From positions 1-64,000 of IMG/VR virus record IMGVR_UViG_3300032931_001151: a stretch of DNA of 64,000 nucleotides. One strand, written 5' to 3'. Below, piece after piece: positions 9,488-18,580 of the stretch. The notes beneath the pieces were generated by a model. It was not told the origin of the DNA. It did no database searches and was given only the letters and a program-made list of their open reading frames with translations. Numbering within the stretch: the stretch's first letter is position 1; each line of letters begins with the position of its first letter. A program made the translations under genes and the position numbers.

Positions 9488-9569
9488 TTGCTAGTAGAAT
9501 TAAAAACATTATTACTATTCCTATCATTAAATAGTTAGGATTTCCTTTAAATTTCATTTTAATTTCCTT

Positions 9570-9980
9570 TTAGTTTCTTGAAACTTTAAAATTCCAATTG
9601 CAATAGTCTCTACTATTGACATCAATTGGACCATATTGATTTAATAAACTATCAACATCATTTTGACATTGGGATATTATATTTGGAATTTGTGATTTGT
9701 CAATGGAGAAAATATATCCGAGTTGCTCTTTAATTCCATATTCTATAGGCCGTTCATTGTATGTTGCTCTACAAATCCTCACCAATACTTCTTTTGATGG
9801 TCTATATCCCTTAACGTCTTCATTATAAATTTCATTAGTTTCTTGTATTTGAAGAATTACCACCGACAATGCGGGATTATCGGGGATTGGCTCCAAAACA
9901 TCTATTAGATAGAAATCCAAGTACCCCTTGGACCACTTTGAACTACAAGATGTATTTACGGAGTAGATGTAATGTTTCAT
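9570..9980 (-). CDS. Hypothetical protein
   Basis: 136 aa abutting the upstream stop. Confidence 0.7.
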   Translation of the reverse strand: MKHYIYSVNTSCSSKWSKGYLDFYLIDVLEPIPDNPALSVVILQIQETNEIYNEDVKGYRPSKEVLVRICRATYNERPIEYGIKEQLGYIFSIDKSQIPNIISQCQNDVDSLLNQYGPIDVNSRDYCNWNFKVSRN

Positions 9981-10346
9981 TTATTTTCCCAAACTATTCA
10001 TTAAAGTGATTGCACAATTCCATCCAAAGTCGGTAGGCTCAAATCGAGCAATTGGAGAATGATACTTCTTATTGTTACAAAAGTGTGGATCTAACTTTTG
10101 TTGACACAACAATTTAACTAATGTAATGTCTTTGTATAACAAAATCTTATTGCCCTCATAATTAGTACAATCCGGGTAATTTATAAGCATTAGAAGATAA
10201 TCGCCAATTTGTTGAACTTTGACAATCTTATAGTTGCTTGGATTCGGATTAGGTAACTTTGATTGCTCTTCATAACTAGGAATTCTAGAAGAGCAAATTG
10301 ATTGCTCAAAAGTTGATCTTGATCTACTTCCTGGACCTATTCCCAT
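9981..10346 (-). CDS. Conserved phage hypothetical protein
   Basis: PNPNP..YPDCTNYEGNKILLY..LDPHF..SPIARFEPT; start moved to the ATG after AAGGAG. Confidence 0.75.
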   Translation of the reverse strand: MGIGPGSRSRSTFEQSICSSRIPSYEEQSKLPNPNPSNYKIVKVQQIGDYLLMLINYPDCTNYEGNKILLYKDITLVKLLCQQKLDPHFCNNKKYHSPIARFEPTDFGWNCAITLMNSLGK

Positions 10347-10375
10347 AATAAACTCCTTATATACTCTTATTGTAA

Positions 10376-10702
10376 TCAACTTTTAGGAAAAGTCAATGGG
10401 TTTCCATCGTTATCCCAAAGATCCTCGGAAGTCAATGGATCAATGTAACGACTAACTTGTCCATTCTCTAGGGCAATGAATGAACACGATTCACGACGAT
10501 AGAACGCTCCAAATTGGTCAATAAATCCTTGTTCTTCTTGTCGAACTCGTGGCAACCCTATTTCTCGCATGTGCCAAAGGATATGGGAATGTCTCCAACC
10601 CGTATAAACCGTGTCAAGATAACAAATTGCAGCTTTAACCAATCTAATATCTTCTACTCTCTTTTTAAGATCTGGCCTCTTGAAATCAATATGTTCAATC
10701 AT
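10376..10702 (-). CDS. Conserved phage hypothetical protein
   Basis: GWRH..QGFID..NGQ..LTSEDLW. Confidence 0.75.
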   Translation of the reverse strand: MIEHIDFKRPDLKKRVEDIRLVKAAICYLDTVYTGWRHSHILWHMREIGLPRVRQEEQGFIDQFGAFYRRESCSFIALENGQVSRYIDPLTSEDLWDNDGNPLTFPKS

Positions 10703-10721
10703 TGTATTTTTCCTTTTTGGA

Positions 10722-10766
10722 ATTATAATGAGTTATTAAGATTGTCAAGACGAAATCTTATAAATA
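10722..10766. promoter_or_regulatory. Divergent promoter pair: early TTGACA-N15-TATAAT (-, 10722-10748) and late TATAAATA (+, 10759-10766)
   Basis: Motifs read directly at the strand switch. Confidence 0.8.
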
Positions 10767-10786
10767 ATGGAATAAGGAAAAATCAT

Positions 10787-10978
10787 ATGGACTCCGACAA
10801 ACTAATGAATGAATTGAAGAAGGCTTGGATTAAACTTGACAATTCATTGGTAGCCCGTACACCTATAGAGGGACCTGCGATGGTTGAAGAAACCCCCAAA
10901 GAGGAACCCGAAGCACAACAAATAGCGGATAACCTAAGAACTCACTCAAAAGACATTCGTTTAGGCGATTTTAACTAA
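10787..10978 (+). CDS. Small late protein (putative head-internal protein)
   Basis: Start moved to the ATG at 10787 after the late promoter and AAGGA; ELKKAW motif. Confidence 0.65.
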   Translation: MDSDKLMNELKKAWIKLDNSLVARTPIEGPAMVEETPKEEPEAQQIADNLRTHSKDIRLGDFN

Positions 10979-10989
10979 AAGGACATAAA

Positions 10990-11451
10990 ATGTATCATAA
11001 TATAGAAGACCAAGATAAACTTAAGACACTTGAAGCAGCTTGGAGACAAGTTAATGAAACTAATACTAATGCAATAGAAACTTCTATAATAGAAGTATTT
11101 AATGCTTGCCCAATTGAAAATATTAAAATAGTTGCACATGATGTAGGAGAACAACAAGTTGAAGATGGCCCTTCAGCAACTTGGAATATATATAACATAG
11201 TAGTTCAACTTCCTATTGAATTACAAGGAAAATTAAAAGAATTCAATGATGTTGAAATTGACAATTCTCTTAAATCTCTATTAAATGCTCACTCAGAGAA
11301 AATAGGACAATTTATTCAAAATATTACAGATCTTATCAATGAAACCATAGGAAGTGTTGAAGACGTTGCTTTTGATAAAATTCAAGGAGAAGTCTTCATT
11401 AAAGTATATGGGGAACATAATGTTGGTGGTAATGAAATGGACTATGTTTAA
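10990..11451 (+). CDS. Acidic late protein (putative virion or internal protein)
   Basis: LEAAWRQVNE near the N-terminus; in the late operon. Confidence 0.65.
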   Translation: MYHNIEDQDKLKTLEAAWRQVNETNTNAIETSIIEVFNACPIENIKIVAHDVGEQQVEDGPSATWNIYNIVVQLPIELQGKLKEFNDVEIDNSLKSLLNAHSEKIGQFIQNITDLINETIGSVEDVAFDKIQGEVFIKVYGEHNVGGNEMDYV

Positions 11452-11633
11452 TGGTAAACAACGATAATATAGTTTTTAATGTTAAAGAAGATGATGCTCA
11501 TAGCATTGTCTATCTTCACCATGGAAAAGTTATCGTTGCGGTTGGAAGTGATAAATACGATGCAATAGAAAAACTAAATGCACAAATAGCAATAGAAGAA
11601 AGTAGAGAAGACAATGATACTTACAGAAGATAA
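11451..11633 (+). CDS. Hypothetical protein
   Basis: TAATG coupling. Confidence 0.55.
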   Translation: MVNNDNIVFNVKEDDAHSIVYLHHGKVIVAVGSDKYDAIEKLNAQIAIEESREDNDTYRR

Positions 11634-12156
11634 ATCCGATTCAATTTGTTATATGATTCGAGTTGATAAAGCAACCGAAGATAAACTAATTGCCATGCAA
11701 AAAGAACTAGGATTAAAAGGTGAGTTAGAAGATAAATTTCATACTACTATAAGATACATAACGACTAATAAGTCGCCCGATATGCTTATAGGATTCCTTG
11801 AAGGTAGTAAATTGCCTACTTTAAAAGGAAAGATATATGGATTTGACATATTTGGTCCAACTAAAGATACTTTAGTTCTAAGACTTGAATCAAAAGAAAT
11901 TAACGATTGGTTTAATAGATTTGATAAGTTTGCTATAAAGAATGGATATCCAAAATCTAAATATCCGACTTATAAGCCACATATATCGTTAACAATTGAC
12001 CCCGATATTGTTAAACCTAAATGGAAAGATAAGTATGCATTTGAGGTTAAGTTCAATATACATGTTGTTAGTAAGAACTATAAAGATATTTGGGTTAAAG
12101 ATGCTACTAAAATATCTTTAAAAGAATCTATAATAGAAACATTCATAAAAAGTTAA
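11614..12156 (+). CDS. 2H phosphoesterase, Acb1/T4 gp57B-like (candidate anti-CBASS nuclease)
   Basis: Two HxT/S motifs, KFHTTIRY and YPTYKPHISL, in a context like gp57B (HSTICY / YTPHITL). Confidence 0.75.
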   Translation: MILTEDKSDSICYMIRVDKATEDKLIAMQKELGLKGELEDKFHTTIRYITTNKSPDMLIGFLEGSKLPTLKGKIYGFDIFGPTKDTLVLRLESKEINDWFNRFDKFAIKNGYPKSKYPTYKPHISLTIDPDIVKPKWKDKYAFEVKFNIHVVSKNYKDIWVKDATKISLKESIIETFIKS

Positions 12157-12166
12157 AGGAAATAAC

Positions 12167-13153
12167 ATGGACGATAATACATACGAACTAGCCAAGGCTT
12201 GGAAACAAATTGAAGAGAACTTGGTTCAATCGGTTAATCTTAATCCGGAAATGAATGAGAATGCGTTTAACTTTAATGTAGTTAAAAAGCAACTTGACGA
12301 TTTATATACAAATGTTGGCAAATCGGCTCAAAGTGCCGAATTTGCTGGAAATGATGTGTGGCTAATTTCCGGAAACTATCCTTTAAAAAACATAGGAGCA
12401 TCGGCTATCTTCATATATGCTAATGATGATGTATATAGAGGTAGTGATACTTTTGATTTATTTAAGAGAGTCGTTCTACCTTCCACCGAATATGAAGATG
12501 CTACACTTGAGAGCGGATCTATTGAAGAAGTACTTAGTAAAGCACAAGAGATAAATGTCGGAAAGGCACTTAAAGAAGTTGATTCTCCCGATGAAGCCAT
12601 TGCTAGAAGAGATAGAGATGAACAATCTAAGAACAACTTAAAAACTATTAAATTAGATGGACGAGTTGCCGATTTACTTGATATGAATATGAAGGAAATG
12701 GGTAATACGGAGTGGACCGATGGATATCAAGGTGATGGGCCATATCTACCCAAAGAAGTTGAAGACTATATACTAAATGCTATTGGTAATGATACCGAAG
12801 AACCATTTAAGGTTAGATTCATCAAATACGGATCATCAAGCCCATTAGAAGGTCGTGGAAGCCCCCTTTATGTTGAATATGAACAAGAAACTACCCCAGG
12901 ACATACCGAGTTTGGATTAAGAGATATGACCGAGCAAAGCGAATTGCCAATTGGAGAATTACATAAGTTAGTTAAAGTAAACGATTTAGGTAGTACTATT
13001 GACATTAGTTTTGGAATTGTTAGAATAGCAACAATTGAGCAAGAAGAGGCTGGGTGGGATATTTACATCCACGGGAAGCCACTTGCCGTTACTTATAATA
13101 CAAAGGAAGATGCCTTTACGGCACTTGTTAATTATCTAAATGATGAGAAATAA
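12167..13153 (+). CDS. Acidic late protein (putative internal head protein)
   Basis: ELAKAWKQIEE at the N-terminus; several [ILM]-x-E sites. Confidence 0.65.
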   Translation: MDDNTYELAKAWKQIEENLVQSVNLNPEMNENAFNFNVVKKQLDDLYTNVGKSAQSAEFAGNDVWLISGNYPLKNIGASAIFIYANDDVYRGSDTFDLFKRVVLPSTEYEDATLESGSIEEVLSKAQEINVGKALKEVDSPDEAIARRDRDEQSKNNLKTIKLDGRVADLLDMNMKEMGNTEWTDGYQGDGPYLPKEVEDYILNAIGNDTEEPFKVRFIKYGSSSPLEGRGSPLYVEYEQETTPGHTEFGLRDMTEQSELPIGELHKLVKVNDLGSTIDISFGIVRIATIEQEEAGWDIYIHGKPLAVTYNTKEDAFTALVNYLNDEK

Positions 13154-13901
13154 AATATTACAATATTTCATAGAAGGTAAAACTGCTGGGGATAAGTACG
13201 GGGATTTTGTAATTCAAAATGGGAAGATGTTATTTAATAGAGTGGGCGGATTGGGTGCTAAATATCAAGACAATACATGGGCACCCGAAAAAAGAGGAAT
13301 TTGGGCATTTCCATATCCTTTATTTGAATCATTTTTTATAAGTGGTCCATTTAGTATGCCTTCCCAACATAGTCCTAAAAAGTCAAAAATAGTAAAAATT
13401 GATTCAAAATTAAGAAATCAATTAGAGAAAAGACTAAGAGGATTAAAAACAAAAATGGAAATCGGTATATCAAAATTAAAATCAACCGAAGATAACCCAT
13501 TCCCAAAATATTTTGGTCACGAAAAATATGAAATTGAAGATTTAGAAAAAGCATTAAAAGATGGTGAAATAGATTCAATTAAATTAAGTTCTTCAATGAA
13601 ACATAAGTATAAACCAACAAATAAAATTCGTAGATTTTATTGGGGTGGCCCAATTTGGGCAAGATTTGCACCAAAAGGAGAAGAAGTTACTGAAAATGGT
13701 TGGTACAAATATGATGATATATATAGTTATATCAAAGAATTAAGAAAATATTTATTTGAGTGGAGAAGAGATTCATTATATGGAAGTAAAGATAATAAAG
13801 GAATTTTGTATAAGATAGGAGTTCCAATAGCATCTAAAGATGCTAACATGAGCATGGATCATTTGGAAGTATTTTTACCTATGAGCGGAAATCGTGACTG
13901 A
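13140..13901 (+). CDS. Late hypothetical protein with the shared N-terminal motif
   Basis: MRNKILQYFIEG. Confidence 0.7.
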   Translation: MMRNKILQYFIEGKTAGDKYGDFVIQNGKMLFNRVGGLGAKYQDNTWAPEKRGIWAFPYPLFESFFISGPFSMPSQHSPKKSKIVKIDSKLRNQLEKRLRGLKTKMEIGISKLKSTEDNPFPKYFGHEKYEIEDLEKALKDGEIDSIKLSSSMKHKYKPTNKIRRFYWGGPIWARFAPKGEEVTENGWYKYDDIYSYIKELRKYLFEWRRDSLYGSKDNKGILYKIGVPIASKDANMSMDHLEVFLPMSGNRD

Positions 13902-14205
13902 AATTCAACATCTATACGATAGAGCAACTAAAATTCTAACTAATATAGAATGTATAAAGTCTATTACTCAAAAAATTATTGATGAAAAAGAAATGGGAAT
14001 CAAAATAGATAAGAAAGAAATTCTTAATTTAGCAAGTATAATAAAACAACTTATGGAAAGATATAATGCTATTCTTGAATGTATTGCTAAATCGCATATA
14101 TCATTTGAAGAGAAAGAAACTATTATGGATATGCTAGATACTTCTAGAAAATCTATAATGTCACTTAATAATGCTATTAATGTGGTTCAAAAAAAGATTA
14201 TTTAA
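13894..14205 (+). CDS. Hypothetical coiled-coil protein
   Basis: GTG start overlapping the upstream gene. Confidence 0.6.
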   Translation: MTEIQHLYDRATKILTNIECIKSITQKIIDEKEMGIKIDKKEILNLASIIKQLMERYNAILECIAKSHISFEEKETIMDMLDTSRKSIMSLNNAINVVQKKII

Positions 14206-14549
14206 CAATAAGAGTATAATATCCTATTAATGTCGTTAAAATCAAACTTATAAGCAAATACACCCATTATTTTTTTATTGTGATATAAATTGGTATATGA
14301 CAATCCTTCTACTGAATATTCTTCCAAGTGAAAACATTCTAGTATATCTCTATGAAATTCATCAAACGGGCCAAAAGATGGATATGTCATTAAAATATGA
14401 TGCCGGATCCATCTTTCTTTTAATGTATCAATTTGCTTCATATCTTTAAATAATGCTTCTTGAAAATCTATTAATTTATTGTCAAGTTGATTGACATCTT
14501 CTTGAAGTTTATTGTAATCAATGTTCACTTGATTTCCTCTATAGAACAA
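14202..14549 (-). CDS. Hypothetical protein (start uncertain)
   Basis: Ends convergently with the + island. Confidence 0.6.
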   Translation of the reverse strand: MFYRGNQVNIDYNKLQEDVNQLDNKLIDFQEALFKDMKQIDTLKERWIRHHILMTYPSFGPFDEFHRDILECFHLEEYSVEGLSYTNLYHNKKIMGVFAYKFDFNDINRILYSYC

Positions 14550-15178
14550 TCAATGGTTGCTCTACAAGTTACGAATGGATTTGGAATGTCGCCATCATGT
14601 GACAATGTACTAGTAATTAAACTCTTAAATTTTCCATTATCGTGACGGACATAGTATCTTTTAGCAACACTACCATCTCTTTTAAGTAAACAAATAGTAA
14701 AAGTAGGCATAGATTTAAAAAACTTATTAACGGAATCATTTTCGTCCATAAGAAACTCTATAGTTATAGAGTTTTGCGAATCAAATTTAATACTTCTTAC
14801 AAAACAAGTAACCAATTCATTCATCTTTCTATGCTCTTGTTGTTCTTCAATAGCGAAAAGATATGTTCTCAAGGGATCCTTAATTTTAAATTGATTAGTG
14901 ATAGTTGAATGGGAGATTGTTGAAGTTTCAAGATTTTTTATTACATTACTTTTCATTCTATTGAATTCATCAAAAGAAACCGTTATATTATTTTTAGTTA
15001 ATCTAGATTTAACAATGAATATTTGAATATCACCAATGGAGTTATAAATTATCATACCCGGCATATTAGACATGACTATAATTCCTACAAGATCCGCCTC
15101 TTGCACTTTTTTAAGTTGGTCTGGATCTTTATCAAAGTCATCTAGGTTAGCATACAAGTAAATAGTAGGTTCTCTCAT
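14525..15178 (-). CDS. Hypothetical protein; C-terminal half resembles a gp19-type tail tube
   Basis: ITIEFLMDENDSVNKFF..TICLLKRDGSVAKRY..LSHD..VT; N-terminal domain similar to that of 746-1405. Confidence 0.45.
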   Translation of the reverse strand: MREPTIYLYANLDDFDKDPDQLKKVQEADLVGIIVMSNMPGMIIYNSIGDIQIFIVKSRLTKNNITVSFDEFNRMKSNVIKNLETSTISHSTITNQFKIKDPLRTYLFAIEEQQEHRKMNELVTCFVRSIKFDSQNSITIEFLMDENDSVNKFFKSMPTFTICLLKRDGSVAKRYYVRHDNGKFKSLITSTLSHDGDIPNPFVTCRATIDCSIEEIK

Positions 15179-15381
15179 TTTATTTCCTTCCAAATATATT
15201 GTTTAGTCCCGTATTGTGAATCATATCTTATATCCAAAACTTTATGTTTCAAAGCGTCATCATAAACTTCTAATTTACCATGATGACATCCGAGAAGATA
15301 TGCGGGAATTCCAATAACTAATAGGCCCAAGCCAAGTCCACATATAAGAATAAATGGAAGTAATCCGTCAAGATTAAACAT
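15175..15381 (-). CDS. Small membrane protein
   Basis: N-terminal TM segment; GAGGA RBS. Confidence 0.65.
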   Translation of the reverse strand: MFNLDGLLPFILICGLGLGLLVIGIPAYLLGCHHGKLEVYDDALKHKVLDIRYDSQYGTKQYIWKEIK

Positions 15382-15393
15382 ACGTTATTCCTC

Positions 15394-16272
15394 TCAAAGA
15401 ACCCAAGTCGAGTGTTCACCATCAAAATTCATGGCTTTCTTATTGTGAAACTCATAAGAGTTAGTTTTAGTATCCAAAATAAACGGATTGACATACTTCT
15501 TATGGTCGGAACTATCAGTACTGCCAACACAAATAAATTCAATGTCACCAATCTTCTTATTGGCAACTCTATGAAAATGTCCATAGTACCACATACTAGG
15601 CTTCTTGATTAGCCCATTGTATAACATAGTTAATGGAGCATCCCCACAATCTAAATGATTAACTTCTCCATAACCATCTTCTACTATATATCGTTGAACT
15701 GACATATATAGTGCGGGATGTCCCTCCATGCCAATACCTAATCCGGAAGGGCATGAATGGGTAATAATAGTATCCATGCCACCAACACTGTTCCATTCCT
15801 CAATAGCCTTCTTTACTTGCTTATTAAGGATATAATTGGTAGTTTCTTTATCAATAGACCCTTCTTGCTTTCGATCTGCGTGAAGTCCACCACCCAAGAA
15901 TCCAATCTTATACCGATCAATATCTATCCAAGACCCACGAGGTTGATAATGGATATTGTACTTATCTTTCCACTCTTGATGGTTTGACTTTTTAATGAAT
16001 TCTCCAGAGTCATGATTTCCATCACATACTAGAACTTTCTTATGGAACTTCAATGCCGAGTACTCATAAGTGCATCCAATGGTACTTTGATTCTTTATTA
16101 ATTTGCTATTGAATGTGTCCAAATTAGCAAAAATGCTCGGGAAGAATCCGAAGTCGCCCACTTGAATTACAAAATTATACTTAATGTTGAGATTAAAATC
16201 AACATTCTTCATAACCGAGTTAAGATCCGCCCATTTACCGTGAACATCACCCAAGATTAATATTTTAGCCAT
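15394..16272 (-). CDS. Calcineurin-like metallophosphoesterase
   Basis: GDVHG, QVGDFG, GNHD, ITH, GHFH. Confidence 0.92.
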   Translation of the reverse strand: MAKILILGDVHGKWADLNSVMKNVDFNLNIKYNFVIQVGDFGFFPSIFANLDTFNSKLIKNQSTIGCTYEYSALKFHKKVLVCDGNHDSGEFIKKSNHQEWKDKYNIHYQPRGSWIDIDRYKIGFLGGGLHADRKQEGSIDKETTNYILNKQVKKAIEEWNSVGGMDTIITHSCPSGLGIGMEGHPALYMSVQRYIVEDGYGEVNHLDCGDAPLTMLYNGLIKKPSMWYYGHFHRVANKKIGDIEFICVGSTDSSDHKKYVNPFILDTKTNSYEFHNKKAMNFDGEHSTWVL

Positions 16273-16305
16273 CTTTAGTTTCCTTTAATTGCTTTTCTAC
16301 ATGGC

Positions 16306-16333
16306 ATTATAAGGAACATTGAAACAAATGCAA
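16306..16333 (-). promoter_or_regulatory. Early promoter TTGCAT-N16-TATAAT
   Basis: Intergenic, upstream of the phosphoesterase. Confidence 0.65.
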
Positions 16334-16343
16334 TTGAAATCTT

Positions 16344-16667
16344 CTATATTTTGCGACACTTGAAATCACCACTAGGAGTTGTTATAACCTCGGCTTTAGT
16401 GCCGTTAAAGTCATAAAATTGTTTAGTTTCCATAAGTTTGCCAAATTGATCATAAACTTCTACACAATTATCTTTAATTCCTTCAATTCCTCTTATGGCC
16501 ATTCCATAATAAAGATTGTTGTATTGTAATCCTTCAACTATTTCTTTAGTACCACAAATCATAGAATTATATGTGTTGGTACTAACTAATATAGAACTCG
16601 GAATTCTTCCTATTGATTTTGATAATTCTTCAAATTGCTTTTGAACTTTTTCTACAAGCTCGTTCAT
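16344..16667 (-). CDS. Hypothetical protein
   Basis: Start moved to the ATG at 16667 (ATGA overlap). Confidence 0.65.
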   Translation of the reverse strand: MNELVEKVQKQFEELSKSIGRIPSSILVSTNTYNSMICGTKEIVEGLQYNNLYYGMAIRGIEGIKDNCVEVYDQFGKLMETKQFYDFNGTKAEVITTPSGDFKCRKI

Positions 16668-17158
16668 AGGTGATCCGTAATATAATAGCATGCCCTATCT
16701 AAATCAGTATAAAGAGGAATCTCATATCTCTTACATACAATATCAACATTACCCTTCCTCCAAAACCCATTAGGGCAACAAACCAATAATTTTCTACTAT
16801 TCGCATACAACCCAAGTTCTAATAGGCTAATTGGGGATTTTGTATTTGGATCAAAGTACATTAGAATCTTTTTAGAAATATCTAATGCGGTTAATTCCCA
16901 ACTAACTTGTTCATTGAATTGAGGATTATCAATGGATTGCTCCCAAGACACGTCCCAATCAACTCTTCGTGGATTAAATATGTAATATTGTTCTTTGAAA
17001 GTTTTAATTTCATTGGCAATATGTTCTGTAACTTTTGCTTGCCAATCTTCGGCAGATCCTTGTTCAATACTTCCAGCTAAAAATATAGATTTAGGAACTA
17101 CCCCTTTAATTTTTTGGAACGGAAGAGCATTTGGTGGCTTAATGATAGTTAGTGGCAT
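16664..17158 (-). CDS. Nucleoside 2-deoxyribosyltransferase-like protein
   Basis: IFLAGSIE..DWQ, FNPRR.DW, QVSWEL, SPISLLELGL, GFWRKGNV. Confidence 0.85.
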   Translation of the reverse strand: MPLTIIKPPNALPFQKIKGVVPKSIFLAGSIEQGSAEDWQAKVTEHIANEIKTFKEQYYIFNPRRVDWDVSWEQSIDNPQFNEQVSWELTALDISKKILMYFDPNTKSPISLLELGLYANSRKLLVCCPNGFWRKGNVDIVCKRYEIPLYTDLDRACYYITDHL

Positions 17159-17168
17159 TTAAAAATCC

Positions 17169-17624
17169 TTATTGTTTGAATTCTACTAATGTATGGTCTT
17201 CACCTTCAAGTTCCTCTTCGATTATCTTTGAAATAATGTCCCAATTTCCTCGGGCAAGTCCCGCTCCTATTTTTGGATAAGCAATTCTTTTTCCACTAAA
17301 TTGCCTCTTAACTTCTTTGAAACATTTTCTCAAGGCATCATAATCGGCATTTACTTTATTAATATTACATCCATATTGTCCATATGCATTAACAACTATA
17401 AACTTAACATTCTTTCTTTCAATTTCAATTACTCCGATAGTTCCTAATTTGCTTGCATCACCACGTTTAGTATAGTTATCAGCAATAGCCGCTTCTGGCA
17501 ACTCAATGGCAATTTGTCGTGCTATACCCAACCCCATAGTATTAAAACAATTACATTGATGTACTATAACATCAAATTGACTTTGAAGTGCCAATTTGAT
17601 TAAGTCTCCTTGAACTACTTTCAT
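17169..17624 (-). CDS. Macrodomain (Appr-1''-p processing / ADP-ribosylhydrolase)
   Basis: GDL, IVHQCNCFNTMGLGIA, VNAYGQY, PKIGAGLARGNW. Confidence 0.92.
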   Translation of the reverse strand: MKVVQGDLIKLALQSQFDVIVHQCNCFNTMGLGIARQIAIELPEAAIADNYTKRGDASKLGTIGVIEIERKNVKFIVVNAYGQYGCNINKVNADYDALRKCFKEVKRQFSGKRIAYPKIGAGLARGNWDIISKIIEEELEGEDHTLVEFKQ

Positions 17625-17815
17625 ATACCTTTCCCCTCTAATTGTTTCTTTTCATTTGCCTCAAGCATCTTATTAATATCTCTACAAATATCTTCAACCG
17701 TCATTCCTTTTGGAAAATTCCAATTAGAAATCCAACTCGGAACAGCATTGAAGTCAATAGTTCCATTTTGAATTTTCTTTTCTACCCATCTATAAAGTTT
17801 ATCTTTCTGGTGCAT
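17621..17815 (-). CDS. Hypothetical protein
   Basis: 64 aa in the coupled run. Confidence 0.6.
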   Translation of the reverse strand: MHQKDKLYRWVEKKIQNGTIDFNAVPSWISNWNFPKGMTVEDICRDINKMLEANEKKQLEGKGI

Positions 17816-18029
17816 TTAGTCTCTTTTCCGCTTCCACCCAATACGATAGAGCCTCGCCCCTAAATCCATCTTGCTCAGCCAACAAATAGGCCAATTCCTC
17901 TACTTGGTTTTTTGGCGGCTTGCATGGAGGCATAGGCACTTCTATTTCCGACTTTGGTAACTCAAACTTCTCTTTGCATTTTCCACAAAAAAATGCTTTA
18001 ATTGCTGAAAGTATATGATGTTTGCACAT
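17799..18029 (-). CDS. DUF2934-like small protein
   Basis: C-terminal VEELAYLLAEQDG..YWVEAEKRL. Confidence 0.6.
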   Translation of the reverse strand: MCKHHILSAIKAFFCGKCKEKFELPKSEIEVPMPPCKPPKNQVEELAYLLAEQDGFRGEALSYWVEAEKRLNAPER

Positions 18030-18030
18030 G

Positions 18031-18375
18031 TTATTTTACCTTTATATCTTTGTATTTACCGTCAAGAACCTCGTACCAATAACCACCGTCTACATATGAA
18101 GGAATTACTTCGCCAATTTGGAAGCGTGTAATATTATCGGGATATCGATGCTCATTCATAATTTTCTTTAGAGCATCATAAGCATCCGTCTTATTATTCC
18201 ATAGGATCATATCCCGTGAATCTTGAATGCCGTCTAATGTTTTCCAAAGCAATGGACGACCCTTTCTACTTTGAATGAGATAAAACACTTCATTATCATT
18301 ACAAGCCCAAAACGCCCATAACTTGGGTAGATGGTCTTTAATAGTTGAACAAGTAGTCGGGTAAGTCTTAGACAT
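18031..18375 (-). CDS. Hypothetical protein
   Basis: 114 aa, AAGGA RBS. Confidence 0.65.
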   Translation of the reverse strand: MSKTYPTTCSTIKDHLPKLWAFWACNDNEVFYLIQSRKGRPLLWKTLDGIQDSRDMILWNNKTDAYDALKKIMNEHRYPDNITRFQIGEVIPSYVDGGYWYEVLDGKYKDIKVK

Positions 18376-18580
18376 TATTAAATTCCTTTAAAAGATAATT
18401 GACGGCGAATTCTTTATTAGAAAGTCCAACATATTTCCGAGAATCTATTGCTTCTTGCGGAACATCAATTTTAACACCATTATTATAGAAGTCAAGAGTT
18501 TGGATATCTAAGGCATTGAATTCTTTGATTATATTAAGAGCAAACTTGAGTGGCTCCAAGTCGTATTTTAGTTTATCCAC
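18368..18580 (-). CDS. Hypothetical protein (probable GTG start overlapping the radical SAM stop)
   Basis: The N-terminal extension in the track is just another frame of the GGCG tail. Confidence 0.55.
   Translation of the reverse strand: MDKLKYDLEPLKFALNIIKEFNALDIQTLDFYNNGVKIDVPQEAIDSRKYVGLSNKEFAVNYLLKEFNNV

Noticed and set aside
10706-10783. Inverted repeat ATTTTTCCTT / AAGGAAAAAT as a regulatory hairpin
   Set aside because: It is explained by the two RBSs of divergently transcribed genes; no single transcript is expected to span both arms.
10514-10786. N-terminal extension of the 154-aa ORF 10514-10978
   Set aside because: It overlaps a minus-strand gene and the divergent promoters; the late promoter and RBS point to the ATG at 10787.
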